NCBI GenBank assembly: GCA_047967505.1
Contig: CM106538.1
DNA length: 64,000 nucleotides
Source: Dipteris shenzhenensis
Lineage: Eukaryota
Reading direction: 5' to 3' (one strand)
Position 1 is the first letter of the stretch. Each line of letters starts with the position of its first letter. Below are positions 24,768 to 38,362 of this stretch, one piece after another. The notes under the pieces were generated by a model. The model was not told the DNA's origin. It searched no databases and saw only the letters and a list, made by a program, of their open reading frames with translations. A program made the translations under genes and the position numbers.

Positions 24768-27107
24768 GACTTTGTATTCTCCTTTTGTGGGAGCCGGGGT
24801 GCGCTACAGCCACTTGTCAACCGAGCAGCTCTCGTGTGCCTACCAGATGGAGCAGAACTTATTCAAAGCATTGGTGCAGCTCCCACAAGTGGCACAAACA
24901 ATTCTACAAAGGAGGCAAGAACAAGCCTCATAGCTCTCAGCAACTCTCCTCCAGGCACAACTCTCCACACATGACAACCATGCAACGATGGTTGCTACCC
25001 AAGCCATAGGGAAAACGGCCATAAACAGACCAGAGGAGTACCAAACAAAGGCTAAAGAGCTTGAGTTGGAAATCACGAAGCTCAAGGATGAGCTCTCTAC
25101 TAGCGAATCCCTGGTCCAAACACTCATGGAACAGGCCAAGAAACTGGAGTCCAGCCTCAGAACATCATTAGAGCAAAAGGGACAGGCAGAGGCCCATCAC
25201 GTCAGGACTTAGGAGAACTACAAGCACTAGATCCATACATTACAGGATCTCTTGGCACAAGAACAGGCACTGGCAGTGTCCCTTCAAGAGAAGAACGAAT
25301 GACAACATGCCCCCGATCACCCAAAAGAATCAGGGTTGGAAGACCAGGAGCAACAAGAGTTCAGAATGTACAGGGAGGTTTCCGCACAACTCACCCCTTA
25401 CACACTTGCACCACGCACTATCCCCCAAACACTCCAAATGCACTTCGACGCACTCCGTGCACAAAACCTTATATTCCACCTAGATCTCATAGCCCCACTC
25501 CCTCCTAACACCCTCCAAACAATCCTCCACCCCGTAACCGCAATCACTACCGCCCCATTCTCACCATGTCCTATTTTCCCTTAGATCTTCAGCCCTCTAG
25601 TCTCTCTCTTCTCTGCCCCTCTGACCTCCAAACTCTCGCCGCCCATCCCATTTTGCTGAATTTCCAAGCTTGGTGCCGCATCATCACAGAGTCCACTAAT
25701 TATCCTGTGGACGATGATGTGATGCAAATCGCAAAGCCGGAGGAACTCAGCCCATGGGTCTGCACCCATGAAAGTCTGCAAGCCGACATTAATTGGATGC
25801 AGACCTATGGCCGAGTCTCCGCAATACAATCTCAAGGGCATCTTGCAGCATACTAGTCCACCACCTACAATCCCCTCGGGATTATAATCCTCTTCAACTG
25901 GGTGCTACAAGCTCTCCAAGACTCACTTGAGTCATTGGTGAGGAACTGGCCGAGGAGGAAGGCCAAGAAGCCATCGCAATATTTAATGCCGAAATCCCAC
26001 AACCACCTCCTCTGGATCCTGCCCAACCCACCCAGCAAGCCACCCAACCTCCCCTTCCTCGCAGAACACTACCCGAATATTCTTCCAATGCCTTTAACAC
26101 CACCACTGCATAGCACGGGACCTCCCTGTCCATCTCCTCTATGGCTCCGGTCAACCTTCCTGAAGAGGCTCTGAACACGTTGCTCAAAGTAGCCAATTTT
26201 GTACAGACGACCGATGATACAATGCCAATAGGCACAGTAGAAGCGAAACCTATGCCCTTTGAAGATGACGAGGCTCCGCAAGCTCCTCCCTCCTCCCTGC
26301 CCGAAAATGTCCAGTGGCGCCCCGACTTGCAGTCATTCATGAGCTGCCAGATAGTGCACTTATGCACCATTGGAAGCACCAACTTGAGGGCTCCAACCTC
26401 CATGTCTACGAAATCTTAGAGGTGCTCCCCCTCACACAATTCATCACCCAGTCTTTCGACGACTGGCTACGCATGCATCCAAAGCGTACAAGAGGAGGAT
26501 ACAACCTCATCCTCGATGTTGCAGTCCCACGGATCGATGCAGATGTCGGCTTACAACCTCGCCAACGCATTCCCTTCCTAAAGATGGAGTAATTTTGGCG
26601 GTACTACCATATGCCCACCTCGATCACTGGATGCACTCCCTGTACATGCCAATGGAACGACAATGGACTTGGGTAGAATTCCAAGAGCTCCAGTAAAAGG
26701 ACCCTAATATGTTGTACAATTTTGCGAAGTACAACTTTCCCAAAGAAATGACTCAAGAGGGATTTTGCTTCGGCCTCCAGTCATTCAACGACATGTATGA
26801 CTCGATACCCGATCTCACCATCGTGATAGCAGTCCACTTCAATCGCCTCCTCCTCTTACTCCTTCGCAGAGTCCCTGCCCATAATCGCCCCATCGACAAC
26901 CACCTCCACAATCTAACCAATCAGATTGTCTTCAACCCCGACATCAGTCCTATGCAATTTCAGGACCTCTGCGTCTACCTTCGTGTCCACAATCTCCACG
27001 GACACCACATCCGCACGTACGAGGCTATGCATGGCACCCACTTTTGGAAGTATCACTCGTACCTTACTCGACTAACTCCACGTCAGTTGGATCGCTATGC
27101 AGTCTGA
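24703..27107 (+). pseudogene. Sense extra ORF(s) of element A: coiled-coil plus unknown domain
   Basis: Coiled-coil segment YQTKAKELELEITKLKDELSTSESLVQTLMEQAKKLE; the downstream portion is conserved in the copy at 10234-11588. Confidence 0.5.
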
Positions 27108-28449
27108 CAAATAGTCCACACACCTGCAGCGCAACCGAGGCTAGATCAGTAAAACAGGAAGGGGGGCATGTTAACATCCACGGAGTACAATCACCAAATG
27201 CAGGGTAATCAGTTATTAGAGGTGATTAGACTTCATGATTTACTTCAACGGTTACAGCCATGGAAGGAGTACAGTATAAGCTCAAGGAGTTTGGGCCCCA
27301 AATACCCCAAGGTCAAAGATTGTAAGGCAACGGGCTGGGACACATTGCGTAAGTCTTTCATTGTAGGGTTTGCCCATAGTGGTCCCAAGTGGAGCTTGAT
27401 TAACCAGCTTTATAAGGTGAGGCAAAAGGAGATTGAGTCCTTAAGAGACTATATTGCCAGGATTAAACATTTGAACTCACAATGTGAGCCCCATGAGAGG
27501 ATGAGCGAGATGCTCAGCTCTTGCCACTCTTCCTCATAGGTCTAGGGAATGCTAAGCTGCATGGTCATTTGTTTGCTATGAATCCCACATCGTTTGAGCT
27601 ACGCAGCAAGACAACGATATGACTAGGGGATAACATGAGGGAGAAGCCCCAAAAGGATAAATCCTTAGCTTGCTCTGATATGTCCCAAACAGCAAAGGCT
27701 TCAACCTTAAAGGTAACTAAGGATGTAAGGATGATGCCCAAGGTACTAAACATGGAAGAGTTGGCCACCACTCTATTAAACAAGTTGGGCCAACAATGGA
27801 AGATAGAAACATCAGAAGAGGCTCCTAGCAACCCCCATCTATTTCCACAAAGAGATAACGTATGATGTGAGGTATGCAATGGAAAACATCCCGCTAATGA
27901 GTGCCCTCATCTTGGGGCAAGGGTAGCGCTCTAATGTGCCCATTGTGCTCATTGGGGAAATCATGAGACATCTCAATGTCATTATCCTAAGGTGATTCCT
28001 CAACCAATGTATCAACAAAGGCCGTAGCTAACATTTCTTGCACCACCCAATCCTTCCAATCAGGCACAATTCGCAATACAAGGAGCCACATCATTCAATC
28101 AAAGGCAATTTAGGGCTCATCATATTCCATTAGCCCTGCTAGTACTGGGACCTCAACCACCACCACCACGAATTACTCCCCTGAATCAAGTATTGGTGGA
28201 AGAGCTACCTAGTGAGATTGGGGAGACCCCAAACCTACCTTTAGTGGAAACAATGATCCCCAATATGGTGACAATGCAAATCGGTCTAGCATTATAAGTC
28301 GCTATGTTAGGCAAGATGACCAACACATTCTGGTCTATGAAACAACATCGATTTCTCAATCTATGGGAGATAGGAACAACTTGACCAAGACAACCCATTC
28401 AATGCCATATGTGTCAACGGCCACACTGATCCAATGAGTGTCCCCTCAA

Positions 28450-29056
28450 GGGCACTGGCTGAATTGGTGGAAGCCGAAAAAGAAGAGTTCATGTGGAATA
28501 GTGGCACCCCAGCCCCACCTTTGGCTCCAGTCCCCTCTGTCTTGCTGACTCCTCCCCCTCCCTCCTCAGCTCCTCCTGCATCACCACTCCTTTCTGCTAC
28601 TGGACCAAACGTCGCTGCATCGGTAGTGGATTGGATCATGTCGCCTCTTGTGCGTCCCTTCAAGAGACCAACCTTGTGCACAGATCCTTCCAACATTTCA
28701 TACAAGGTTCGTCGAGAAGCACTCACTGCTGTTGCTGAAGAATTCAGGGAAAGAATGCGCAGTCCCATTGCCCCTCCACCAACTCCTGTGGCTATCTTAC
28801 AGGTCCTAATGCCTCTCTGTCAGTTCCTACTGAAGTCAAAGAAGAACTGGAATATATGTTTATCTTATGAGGATTCCATCTTGCTGGGCCAGATCATGTT
28901 CTGTTGTATCCTTGAGGACTACTTGTTTGTACTCACGCCTCTTTGCATTGATAGTGTGCTTGCTGCCTATCATAGAAAGCTTTTCTGTTGATAATGCACA
29001 GTTGTATATAACTTTTCTGATAATATAATATAACCCTCATTTTTGAAAAAAAAAAC
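28450..29056 (+). mobile_element. Poly(A)-tailed insertion (probable truncated LINE or retrocopy) inside gag of element B
   Basis: About 600 bp absent from the homologous gag of element A; ends in an AT-rich tail plus an A-run at about 29046-29056. Confidence 0.55.
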
Positions 29057-32000
29057 TAATTAGCTGGTCACATGTACACCAACATCTAATACACCATCGC
29101 CATTGTGCACATGGTGTGGTGTAGACCATCCTTTTAAGGGTTGCTTGATGAGAAGGCCGTCTAAGTCCACAAGCCTTAACTTGTTAAGCGTTGAGAGAGG
29201 GCAAGTGTCATCAGTATCCTTGAATGTAATCACAAGGTTGCAAGCTAAAGCCCTTAGTAAAGAGCTTCGCAAACAAGCCAAAAGGGATAAAGCTAGCACG
29301 TCACAAACTAGGGAGGCAACTGAATCAGTACGAGTAAGCACCAAGGGTGCAATGAAGATTGGGAAGGGACACAAGAAGGTCATCATCCAAGATGGATGAA
29401 GACACGGCCTCCCTAGCAACATCATCTTACTTAGGTGGTACTTTCTTAAACAATAGCAGCAACAAACACTTGTGTGAGGCAAATGAGGGTATGATAAGGG
29501 CCTCAACCCATGGCCAAGCCACAACACCTAAGGGTCACGGTGAATATCCCAACCCATAGATGGGGAAACAATGTCTCACCAAGGTGCATAAATTAGTACA
29601 CAAGTGTCAAGAGGAATGTGAGCAGAGGCTCAAGGCAAGCAAGAGTGTTGATATAATTCATCCAAGACATGAGATAACCACTCGGGCTTCAAAATCCTTG
29701 CAAATACCTGAAAGGGTAGATGAAGAAGGTGTATCATGCCCTTCAATAGAGGGATCCACCATAATGCAATGGATGTTTGAAGAAGACCCTACCTTGCAAC
29801 AACTAAAGGAGGATGACAACATGTCCATCAGAATCGATAGGCAAGGAACCTATCACTAGTCCTCAATCAGGATTACCCTCATTCATGTTCATTGAGATCA
29901 AGATGCCTATCGCAACACTACTATGGGGTAATCCTACTCTATGGAGAGACCTCTCGGATTGCATGAATGGGCAAATAGTGACACACCAATCCACTAATCT
30001 TGAGAATGTTGAATCTTGCAATCAAGCTCAAGACCTTCCAAGGGTGCCAATCAACAAATTAGGCCAATGCTTTGGCTTTGAAGACTCTTGGTATATACCT
30101 AAGTTAGAAGACTCACTAAATTGAATGCATACACTGGCTGCAATAGATCCACCAAATGCTAAAGGAACTCAATTTATGCACCTTGACAATGATAAATCTA
30201 CCGCCATTACACCTTTTTACACCATAAGAGCGGTACTACCTAATCAAATTGAACTAAGAATTGAAAAGGCCATTGATCCTAACGAGATAGATATGACTCC
30301 ATCTCAACTTTGGGTAGAGCTAACATCGGCAAAGCAGGTGAAACATGTTGAATATAGGCTGGCGAGCAAGCAATAACCTCATCTCCTGGGAAACATTAAA
30401 ACATCTCGGCTATGTACTCCTCCAAGTTTGTGATTTTGAAATTCAATCCATAGGAGGTACCTCAATTAAGGTTATTGGGTCTTTAATGCTGAATGTTTCC
30501 ATGGACAATTACGTTGTGCCTTGCAAGTTTTTTGTAACTCCTACAAGTACCTTAATGGAAGTTGTGATTCTTGGTAAAAGCTAGATGCAAGACACTTACA
30601 AAGGGTTATTGGTAATGAATCAACCCAAGATGTGCTAAGAACTACTAATAATCGGCCCAACATTCAAGCATCAACATCAACATCCACTTCCACTTCTCAA
30701 CCTTGGCAAGCACCTCACTAATAAAGAAATCAAAGAAGAAGAGCAACCAAGCAAATGTGGGTCCGAAAGGATCTACTAAAGGCTCAAGAATAATTTGAGG
30801 GTGAATCATATTTTTGAATTCCAAAGAAACCTCAACATGTAAAGCCAATCCCTCATGTAAACAACAAACCTCAACATCAAAGAAGAAGATGACACCATCC
30901 AACAAGGAAGGTACATTACCATTGGGTTCCCACAAGCTTATAAAAAGGCATGCCAATTTATTGCATCATCTTCAAGGCAACTGGCAGTAACACAAGAACC
31001 TATCTTGAAAATAGAGACAGTAACACAAGAACCTACCAAGACACAAATAGAATCCACTTTGGGAGCCACACAAGAACCTTCCTTACTGAGAAATTTGACA
31101 TCTATCATCAAGGCAGCTATGCAAGAATCATCCATACCAGTAATGCCCATCACAATGAAAGTCCCACAAGAACATTCCAATGTAAACAACAAATATCTTC
31201 ATCATTGACATCTTTCTTAGCTGAAACTTGGGCTCAACAAAAGCAAAAGATCTATAAGACATTATGATCCTACTCACATTTGATACATAGAACATATGTC
31301 ACTTTATTACGATGAGTATGATAGAAGTCGTACATGTGGAAGACCGCAATGTTCAAAGGTGCAACACTGACAACAAGGAACATGCCAACAGTAGATCCAT
31401 AAGAACTTGCTGCTACAATCAAAGATCTCAAAGAACTTCAAGCAACGTTGCTGCCAACAGGATGACAACTGCTCGCCAACAAAGATCTCTATTGATGTCT
31501 TAGTGACTCTCCTTCAAATTGATTATCAGACTTACATGAGGTCCCAAATAGCGATACAATTCATATTCCTTAAGTGGTCTATAAAATGATGTTCTTGCTA
31601 GGTCCGGGTCACGATTTGTCAATGTGTCACTGCACTCACCTTCTGATGCACTCATAGGTACTAAGGCCATTTAGGTGAATAGGAACTCAGTTCCAAGTGC
31701 TAGGTCTAGGTGTGTCCATAAAGAGCATAAAGTTATAACATGTGGGAGTCCTACCTTTCTACTCACTTCAAGCCCAATCCTAGGTGAAAATAAGACTAGG
31801 AGAAAATAGGCAGCCAGTCTCTTGAGGTCCTCAACACAGTACACTCAGCACATCACCTCTTGCATAACCATGCACTGGGGCCCACCATGTCTTAACCAAG
31901 TGATGTTAAAGCAACCACAAACTCACATATGCATTAAGTCAGTACACCTCTTAGAATCAGTCTCGAATCATCAGTAGCCAAAATCGAACAGGGCCCTGAC

Positions 32001-32500
32001 TTATGGCTAAGCCAGTAGAATCTTATGAAAATAGTAAGAAAACATGGCATGTTAGAAACATAGTTTGATGAGGATTCCATATATGTCCCACTCAATTCAA
32101 ATATTGGACTTGCAGAGGAGCATGATAATACATTAATACTTACTCCACTAACACCCACACCACTAGGAACTTACATCAACCCCTACTAAAACAACTTTAA
32201 TAACTTACCCCTTAGATTTTTCTTTTTCTTTTTCTTCTTCCTTCTTTGAATGGTCACAAGTACTCAACTCGGCTCACTCAAACCTTGAGGTGCCAAATCC
32301 AAAAGAATCACTCGTCCATACTTCCAACAACAATTCCATAACAAGGATCCACTACATCCCTCTACTGCTACAATGTAGCAAAAGAAGATTCAACCCCATG
32401 CACAAGAAAGACTACTTCACATGATCTTCATTGAAGACACTCCAACAACCATAAACTTTGCAGGATCCAGAGGACTGGATCGAGTTTTGAAAGGGGGGCA

Positions 32501-33029
32501 TGTTAACCGATTGGTTAACAATATGCCATTGTTGGTTAGTGATGTCATTTGATGGATAGTGGCAAGTTCATAGAGCTAGGATTGTGCATTGGATCCAAAT
32601 AGTCCCAAGATGGTTGTAAAAGAATGAGGAAAGAAAGTGGTATAAAGGGAATAGGGTTGGCCCTCCCTTCAAAAGGTGACATGTATAAAAGTCAAAGTGG
32701 TTGACTTTGGTCTTCATTGTTGGATGCACAAGTTTGGAATACAGGCTCCCTCTTCTCTTCCAAGAGTGCTTTTGGGTATTCTCTTGTTTCCTTTGTAGTT
32801 CCTTTTTGTTTGCCACTCCATCCCCATTTATTCTCCTCTTCTCCTCCCCTTCTCCCTCTCTTCTCCCCTGTCCCCTTTCCTTCTTTCTCTAGTGGAAACA
32901 TATTACAACAATTTGAGAGTCGCTTGAGTGACACTTGCAGATGGCTCATGCTTTGCATTGCTCTCACAAGGAGTAGCTTGGAGTGGAGGCTCCATCAGCA
33001 TCGACACGTGAGTCACCGTCGAGACCACA
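32501..33029 (+). repeat. 3' LTR of element B
   Basis: tgttaacc after the PPT; ends cgacacgtgagtcaccgtcgagaccaca like LTR 11623-12585; shares gttggccctcccttcaaaaggtgacatgtataaaag. Confidence 0.85.
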
Positions 33030-34620
33030 TAAAACCTTATATAATGTTCCAAAGAACTAGGTATATATACATGAAAACCCCTGAGGGATAGAATTAGTGT
33101 TTTATCCTAATGCCCTATCTAGATGGTGCAATCCTCAACATGTGTAAGCTATTTGAGCTGCCACACGTCACGTGAGGACTTAACAAAATCTTGTGGATTT
33201 TGACGATGATTCTCCAATATCTTAGAGATTCTGAGACAATATTAGAGATTCTATCATCTTTCTTGTGCTGCCTTTACATCGTCGGGTGTGATTAGCTTCG
33301 TTGCATTGGTGGTTTCCATTGAAGTGTCAATTCTCATGAGGTGTGTGCTAGAGAAAGGCTTTTTGATGTCCATTGGGTTGTGTGTTGATTGCCTTTGGAG
33401 CGATCGTTGTTGTAGCTTGCATGCTTGGAGAGGTGCTTAAAGCTGGCTGCATGTGGTTTGTTCATGGCACTGACTGGTCATTAAAGCTTCCTGTTGGCAT
33501 TGAGTGCGTGGGCATTGCCTTGTATGTCATGGTTGTATCGGTTGGCTATGTGTGCCATAGGTGCTGTGGGTAGCCGCTACGAGTCAAGTTGCTGAGCATC
33601 ATTGATACTAGAGTTGCTAGGCATCATTGCCGATGGCTGAGTGCTCCTGTGCTAAGGATAGTTGGTCATTGTAAGGTCGAGTTGAGCTATGAGCCACCTT
33701 GCTTTAGCACTGTGTGAAGCTTGGCGTTGAGTCACAATGTTAGGATTTTGGTTACTGGTGCTTTGTTGATAGGGCTGCTGCTAATCTGTTAGGTGTCAAG
33801 TCATTGAAGCCTTACTTTGCAGCCGAGTCACCTTATGAGCCCTTGCCTTAGTGCCTTTGTTGTTTGTTTTGGTCATGTGCACTCATTGTTTGACTCGCCA
33901 TGTTACTTCTAGAAGTTGTTGTAGATAGAGAGCCCCATTGCCTATGCTTGCTATTCATCAAGCCTATGTGTGTGAGTTACTTCACTACACATGGTGCAAA
34001 GAAATAGATAGGATCTACCTTTCTCTCTCTCTCTCTCTCCCACTAAAGAGAAGATCTCATGAATAACTCTCAATGAAGTGGAATGGATGGAAATATTGCA
34101 TAAAACACACAAGAAATGAACACTCTTACTCACAAACAACTTTCAAATCTCTCACAACAAGATATGTATAGAAATTCTCTTGAACACATGGAAATTCTCT
34201 CATCAAAAGAGAATGAAATGAACTCATGATCACTAAAGACTCTCAATCTCTAAATCAATATCTCCCACACTCACACAAGGATCTTGATGCCTAAACAGAA
34301 GGCAAGGGAGCTCTTGTACCATGAACAAATATTGAGAGGGAGAGGTGAAGATGGGAGATAAGGAGAGAGGGCTGAGCGAGAGAGCACTTCATAAATGATT
34401 AATTGTAAACTAGGGTTAGGGTCAAGGTTTCCAACCCTTGTGCCTTTTAGCACTCTTTTGTGTTAGTCACATATGATCACATGATGTTGAGATGAATCCT
34501 CAACACCATCACTGTGAAAAGCCACAAGAGTGCTATAGCTCTCATCTCTGTTGCCCTATACTCTTGTAAGACTTGATCATTCAAGACACAAATGAATTAA
34601 AAGACAATGGCTATCATTTC

Positions 34621-34776
34621 CTATGAGAGTTGAGACTAAGACACACTAGCACAGATTTTGACACTATGAGAGTTGAGACTAAGACATACTTGCCCACACA
34701 TTTAGACAAAGAGCACACATTTTGACACTATGAGAGTTCACACTAAGACATGCTTGCCCACACATTTAGACAAAGA
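34621..34776. repeat. Short tandem repeat (3 copies of ctatgagagtt..actaagaca)
   Basis: Copies near 34621, 34664 and 34727. Confidence 0.8.
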
Positions 34777-35697
34777 TGAGAACAATATAGCTAATAGAAC
34801 ACACTACAACACACAATACCAAGAGTGCCTTTTTGATCCCTAAAATATTTTAGGGCTCACTTCCAAATCATAAAAAAGAGTTTTGGGGTTCTCCCCCAAT
34901 CATAACCAAAAAAACCACCTTCAACCCTCCCAGCTTCTATAAAATTAATGTGATTAGCTTGTCAAAAGCACACCTTTAAGCCTTACAATCCTTTCTTACT
35001 TAGCCAATTTAGTATGAAAAAAGAAAACAACTAGTAGCATAGGAAAGAGATCGACATCAACCATGTGAGCAACACCGGACTACTCTCATTGGAGCTCATT
35101 TGGTCCCTTGAATGAATGCCTTTACATGCAACTATTGGTGATGTATCTTTGCCTCTCACATTTTAGAGATACCAAGATCCCTACGGCTTTGGATGGTTTT
35201 ACTGACCCTATAGCATTTGGCAGCTGTTTCTATTCTTCCAAATCATTGAGTTTTAAAAGGAACTTGGTTATAACATTTATTGCTCTAAAGTACATTCTAG
35301 CCCAACATTTAGCGAGTACTAGCCCTTTGGGGTTGAATTTTATGCAAGAGCTCATTCCTTCCTTTTTGAATGGGTACTAATGGTGTGTGCATGTCTACCT
35401 TTGTATGTCCATGTGAAATAATCTTTGTAGGCCATTGACAATTGTTTTACTTTTGGCTCTTCTTGAGTGAGGTATTCCCCTTTGAGGACTAGATTTTCTT
35501 GTTGGAGTCTTATACGAGATATATACTCTTTGACTTTGTTGCAGCCTTATACGAGATATACACTCTTTGACTTTGTAAGCCCTTCATAGACTCAAATGAG
35601 AAGGGTGGATGATAAGGAGTGAAGCATGAAAGACAAACAAAGCAAAGTGTAGAGGCTCATGCATCCCAATTACCTTTTTTAGCTTGCATATTGCGAT

Positions 35698-35842
35698 GGA
35701 GGAGGAGGACGAGGAGGAGGAGGGAGGAGAAGAGAGGAGGAGGAGGAGGAGGAGGAGGAGGAGGAGCAGGAGGGAGTAGAAGGGACGAGGAGGAGGGAGA
35801 AGGAGAGGCAGGGTTGCAAGGTTGGAGGAGAGGGGAGGAGGA
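35698..35842. repeat. (GGA)n purine-rich low-complexity tract
   Basis: ggaggagga runs. Confidence 0.85.
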
Positions 35843-35889
35843 GCTGCAAGGTTAGGACATGCTTTTGGACATGGAGTGTAAGGAAGCAT

Positions 35890-36025
35890 AGACACTTGAA
35901 GACAATTGCATGGTAGGCCCCCATTTATTAAATCTATGGGAAGAATCTATGGATAAAGGCTTCTTGGACCAAAGGATAAACACTGGAATGATCAAGTTAA
36001 TCCCGAAAGGAGACCCTAAGATGGA
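35890..36025 (+). mobile_element. LINE reverse-transcriptase fragment
   Basis: VGPHLLNLWEESMDKGFLDQRINTGMIKLIPKG is homologous to VGPSLLALWRESAKQAFLLEHSNGGVVKLIPKEG in the LINE near 61700. Confidence 0.7.
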
Positions 36026-36346
36026 GTTAAACATTAGGGAAAAAGGGAGCTCATTTTGGGGCCTTGTAAGAAATTCACTATTTTTTGATTTATTTCTCTC
36101 CTAAAAGACCTCAAAAATAGTAAAATACGGAAACGTGGCTCAGATTTGTCAGTAAGGACTACAGAACTGTCAGTTCAGAAAGGAATAAGATAATCTATTG
36201 TCTAACTAACACGATTTTGCGTTAAATATCTCCTTAGTTTTTTTTTGTTTCTCGAAGATTCCGCATCTCTTTTGCCGACGTGTGTAGGCCTCTCATAAAG
36301 AATCCATCACTGAACTTGGTGATTGCACGTTTTCAAAATATTTACA

Positions 36347-38362
36347 TGGATACCGCCACTTTTCCACGATTCATGTTACAAAACGACTATGAGATTGACA
36401 AGCAAACTTCGCAACCTCAGAAGCACAAAAAATGGCCGATACTAGTGAGTCACTATCTCAAAAGAAGCGATTACACCATCTTCACATCAACTTAGAAGAA
36501 CAATATGCTCCAGCATAAAAAAGACGAAAGAATACGTGCTGAATGCTCAACAGCGGGAAAATATGAGAAGAGAAGGGCTTCAACATATTGACTTATGGTG
36601 CGATGGAAGCATATATCCAAAATGTCAAGTAAAAAACTCTACACCTCCATTTGTCAATTCCACCACATTACTGAGGTTTGCTGGCGATGGACAAAATGGA
36701 CTTCTTGGTTATATTTCAGCGCAGTTTGCATTTGCAAAAATGTATAAAATGATGTACCTACAAGAAAAGGGGGCCAGGATGCAGGAGATAGCCATTCGTG
36801 CAAAATTGGAGCAGCAGTTGCAGAATGAAATTGAGGACCATTCAAAGAGTAAAAAAGAGTTGACAAGAGCAAGAAAGAAGAGAACCGTGCTTGGAGACAG
36901 ACTACGAAGCAGGAAGATTAAAAACATTGCAAATTTGAAGGCTGAGACTGGTGGATGCAAGCGAAGAATTCAGGAAGCAAGGTTAGATTGAAATTTATCA
37001 TTTTGTATACTCAAAAAGGCTCTCAAATGACTATATCTATTTCGTCCATTACCGCAAAACAAAAATGGAGGTGTTGAATGATATAGGCATATTGTGTTGT
37101 TACTATAGGAAATTATTGGAGCCTGCAAAAGAAAATATGGATCCGAACCTTCTTCCTGTTAAACAAATGAAAGGATTGCTTTCTTGTGGTGTAGCAAAAG
37201 GTTTGATTGAGGAAAAAAAATACAAAACAGTCAAACGCAATGTTGTAGAGGACTTTGTATCCAATAATCAAGTTGATGGCACTATAATCCAAGAGGCTCT
37301 TGATGTTAGTGGAGTTAGCAGGAAGGGATATAGTTCGATTTTCCATGCGATATCCTCAACTTTGAAAGATCAAAGGATTAAACGAGTTTTACTGCCAAAT
37401 CCAGCAACCATGTGGAGGATAAGAGGTCATTTGAATGAAAGTATAGATGAGTTTATTGGGCAATATATCCATATTGAAGAAATATTTCATGGTGGTAAAG
37501 GAACCACTGTGTATGACCCTTGGAACAATATATTTGTAGATCTACAACAACTTCAAAGAAGAATGGTCGAGTTTTATGGAATAACATTTGAGGAGTGCAA
37601 AGGCATTTTGAAATTTGTTATCAAATTGGATGAGTGTGAGGTTGTAAAGGAAAAGAAAATGGAAAGGGTTACTATTACATTAATGAATGGAGCACTTGAT
37701 ACATCATTGTCTGAAGCGAGTTCGAAGTATTTTAGTGTGCAGTCGGAGAAACACATATGGTGGTTAGGCTCATTGTTTTCTAATATGTTATAGTAAGACT
37801 TTTGTTTTCTATAATCTGGCAGGTGAAGATAGAAGACCATGAAACACTAGATTGGGTGTTTCACCACACAGAAATACCAAGAATAATCAAAAGACAAGTG
37901 CAAGGCGAGAATCTCCATGTTGCAGGAAAAGGTGATTTTCAAGTAGAGTGGCACATGGCGGGGGATCTTAAAACACTTAAGTGCATGTATAACATTAGTA
38001 AAGGAGGCAACTCAAAGTCTCCTTGTCTTTACTGCAAAGAATCAGCTCAAGTAATGGATTCCAAATGGTGGAAGAGAGCACCTAATAGAGATAAAGTTGA
38101 CCCTAACTTCAAGGCCATTTTGGACATTCGACTATGTAATGTTCACATCTGCACATTGCATGGTCTATGTCGAATTATTGAGAAATTGGTACTTTTGTAT
38201 ATTGGATTTGCTTGGAAACTCCGTCCTGAAAAAAATAGAAAGGATGCTCTTCAAGCATTGGAAAAAGTGTTATCCGATATAGGTCTGCATGGAGGAGATG
38301 TTCAAATCACAAACGATTTTAAAAAGTCTACCAATGGCAAGGGTTTTTCCCCGATGATATAA
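36347..38362 (+). pseudogene. RAG1/Transib/Chapaev-like DDE transposase, frameshifted or split by probable introns, C-terminus missing
   Basis: Motif order KFVIKLDECEV (first Asp), EDHETL, WHMAGDLKTLKCMYNISKGGNSKSPCLYC (second Asp plus CxxC), VHICTLHGLCRIIEKL (LH motif), spread across ORFs 36536, 37065 and 37802; intron-like acceptor ggcag at 37822. Confidence 0.6.

Larger units (their letters stand above)
11623..27335 (+). mobile_element. Degenerate Athila-like (non-chromovirus) Ty3/gypsy LTR retrotransposon, element A (~15.7 kb), with truncated 3' LTR
   Basis: Order LTR-PBS-gag-AP-RT-RNaseH-INT-extra ORFs-PPT (27158-27168)-LTR start at 27169; many stops and frameshifts. Confidence 0.85.
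27336..33029 (+). mobile_element. Related gypsy element B: 5'-truncated, lacking RT/RH/INT, with 3' LTR
   Basis: gag homologous to A (WSLINQLYKVRQKEIESLRDYIARIKHLN; CTWCGVDHPFKGC; PRVPINKLGQ), post-integrase protease remnant at 30345-30584, PPT aaaggggggca at 32490-32500. Confidence 0.75.

Noticed and set aside
33130-34505. atcctcaaca (minus strand tgttgaggat) as Copia-type LTR ends
   Set aside because: No paired LTR, PBS, PPT or coding domains could be established.
36030-36070. Candidate left terminus of the RAG1-like element next to the LINE fragment
   Set aside because: No reverse-complement partner or TSD found in the window.
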